Shown here piece by piece: positions 62,131-64,000 of a stretch of 64,000 bases of DNA; within the stretch, counting starts at the first letter, position 1, and each line of letters begins with the position of its first letter. Source of the DNA: Isurus oxyrinchus (taxonomy: Eukaryota); NCBI GenBank assembly GCA_026770705.1, contig JANJGN010000011.1, positions 92,628,001 to 92,692,000 of the forward strand, given 5' to 3'. Made by a program: the position numbers and the translations under genes. The notes under the pieces are model-generated. The model had not been told where the DNA came from. It was given only the letters and a program-made list of their open reading frames with translations, and searched no databases.

Positions 62131-63037
62131 AGTTGGTAGAAGACAGTAAATAGTATTGTACTCGAATTGGAAAGAAGATACTATTGGTGATCCACAAAGA
62201 TCCGTGCAGAGGTTTTAAATGTTCACTATACTTATTAATGACTTAGACAACATAATAGAAATCCACATATCCGGGTTTGCAGGATAGCTGAGGCATTAGA
62301 GGTATTGATAGATTAAGTGAGTGAGCAGAGCTGTGGCAGATGGATAATATGATCTCATTCATTTTGAGCCAAAAACAGATAGATCTAAGTATTTTTGAAA
62401 TAGTGGTAAGCTAGGAACAATGGAGGTTCAAAGAGATTTCGGATTTCATGTACATAGATCCCTAAATGTAGTAGTCATGTACAAAAAAATCAAGAAGTCT
62501 AATAGAATGTTAGCCTTTCTATCTAGAGGGCTAGAATATAAATGGGGGAAAGTTATTTTTATCACATTTATACAAAGCCTTGATTAGACCACATCCAAAT
62601 TACTGTGTACAGTTCCGGGCACCACAGCTTGGAAAGGATATATTGGTCTGGTGAAGTGAATATAACTCCAAGATTTTATTTACAAAGAATGATTATACAA
62701 ACTAGGCATGTATTCCCTGAAGGTTAAGGTGTGATTTCATTGAGCTTTGAAAGGAACTGTTAGGGTAGATAGAGAAAAAAACTTTCTGCTGGAGGTGGAG
62801 CCTAGGATAAGGAGACATAACCTTAAAACCAGAGGCAGGATAGCCAGTTGAACACAGGAACTCACACCATAGGATGCCTCAAACTTAGATACAATGACAT
62901 TCTAAAAGCCAATCTCAGAGCCTGTAAATTGGGGAAGAGGGTGGTAGAATTGTGGAATTCTCTCTCTCACAAAAAGCAGCAGATCACTAAATTTAATACA
63001 TTTGAATTTGAAGTTGGTAGATTTTTGCTAGCCGAGA
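62130..63037 (+). mobile_element. Degraded CR1 RT C-terminal fragment
   Basis: FTILINDLD, NRMLAFLSRGLEYK, LYKALIRPHPNYCVQFRAP, RVVELWNSL. Confidence 0.85.
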
Positions 63038-63410
63038 CATAAGAACATGATGCAGGAGTAGATCTTAGGCTCTCAGTCCTGCTCTGCTATTCAATAAAAT
63101 CATAGCTAATCTTCTACCTCAACTCTACTGTCCCCTATGATCCTCATTTTCCTTGAATCCCTTGGTGTTCAAATATATGTCAGTCTTGGCCTTGAATATA
63201 CTCAACAACTGAACATCTACAGTTATGTGGATAAGAGAATTCCAAAGATTCACAAGCTTCTGAGGGAAGAAATTTCTCCTTATCTCAGTGTTAATCGTTG
63301 CACTCCCTCCAAGAGACCACAGGTTTACAAACAGCACTCAAGATATGGTTTCACAAAAGCCTAGTGTAAATGTGCCAGGACTTCCTTACTCTTACACTCC
63401 AACTTCCTTG
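63038..63410 (-). mobile_element. CR1 3' end
   Basis: CATAAGAACAT tail and EIRRNFFPQKLVNLWNSL..FKAKTDIYL. Confidence 0.85.
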
Positions 63411-63689
63411 AAGTGATTGACTGACTGACTGATTCTTCCATAACTCCGGGCGAGTGTTCAGCAAGGAAACCAGTTGTTAACTGGCTAAGTTGGCGTCATC
63501 TCATATGTGATGTTAAACCCAATCTTGATTTGCAGATCCAGTTGCAGATATTACATGTGTAGTCACTGTTGGAGGGGTGGGTGAAGGCACTGGCTTTGTG
63601 GCATGCTCGTTTGACCTGTAGCGACTTGATTCTGTTCTCCTCAAATGTTAAGGTTGATCGATGTCAGAGACTTCTCCATTTGGATCTAT

Positions 63690-64000
63690 CCAGGTTTGTT
63701 TTTTGCCCATTTAGTGAGACCCAATTTACAGGCTCTGAGCTTGGCTTTTAGAATGTCATTGTATTTAAGTTTGAGGCCTCCTATGCTGCCGGTTCCTGTG
63801 TTCAGCTGGCTGTAGAATACTGCCTTTGGTTTGCGGGAATCCTCCATGCGAACTACTTGGCTGATCCAGTCAAGCGGAGTTGGGATGAACATGTTCTCGA
63901 TACCAGGTATGTACTTGCAAAATCTTTGTTCTTATGGATTTTGTCCTGCTGCTTGATGCTGTAGATAGATCTTAAGCAATGAAGGTGGAATGCACCTAGT
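63690..64000 (-). mobile_element. RTE-clade LINE C-terminal fragment
   Basis: LGAFHLHCLRSIYSIKQQDKI.. and WISQVVRMEDSRKPKAVFYSQLNTG..GGLKLKYNDILK, RTE post-RT motifs. Confidence 0.85.

Overview
Repeat-dense vertebrate genomic DNA. The repeat families (Deu-domain SINEs, CR1 LINEs, GC-rich Harbinger transposons, Penelope-like elements) point to a cartilaginous fish, which is an inference. The only host gene I can identify is the first coding exon of a GRAF-family BAR-RhoGAP (best match ARHGAP42, 59295-59448, + strand) with its CpG-rich promoter; the window ends inside its intron 1. The upstream ~58 kb is mostly nested, decayed transposons: two near-complete two-gene Harbingers (DDE transposase plus spliced Myb/SANT gene), several Harbinger derivatives and MITEs, two near-full-length CR1s, L2 and RTE pieces, a solo LTR, SINEs and six Penelope-like element (PLE) copies from two families. 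Two features stand out. (1) Every PLE 3' end carries a minimal hammerhead-ribozyme-like motif, and two copies share a variant core. (2) Several 90-335 bp inverted copies of DNA lying 0.4-0.9 kb away are pasted in at junctions, one fused directly to the 5' end of a PLE insertion. All alignments were done by eye, and ends of degraded repeats are approximate.
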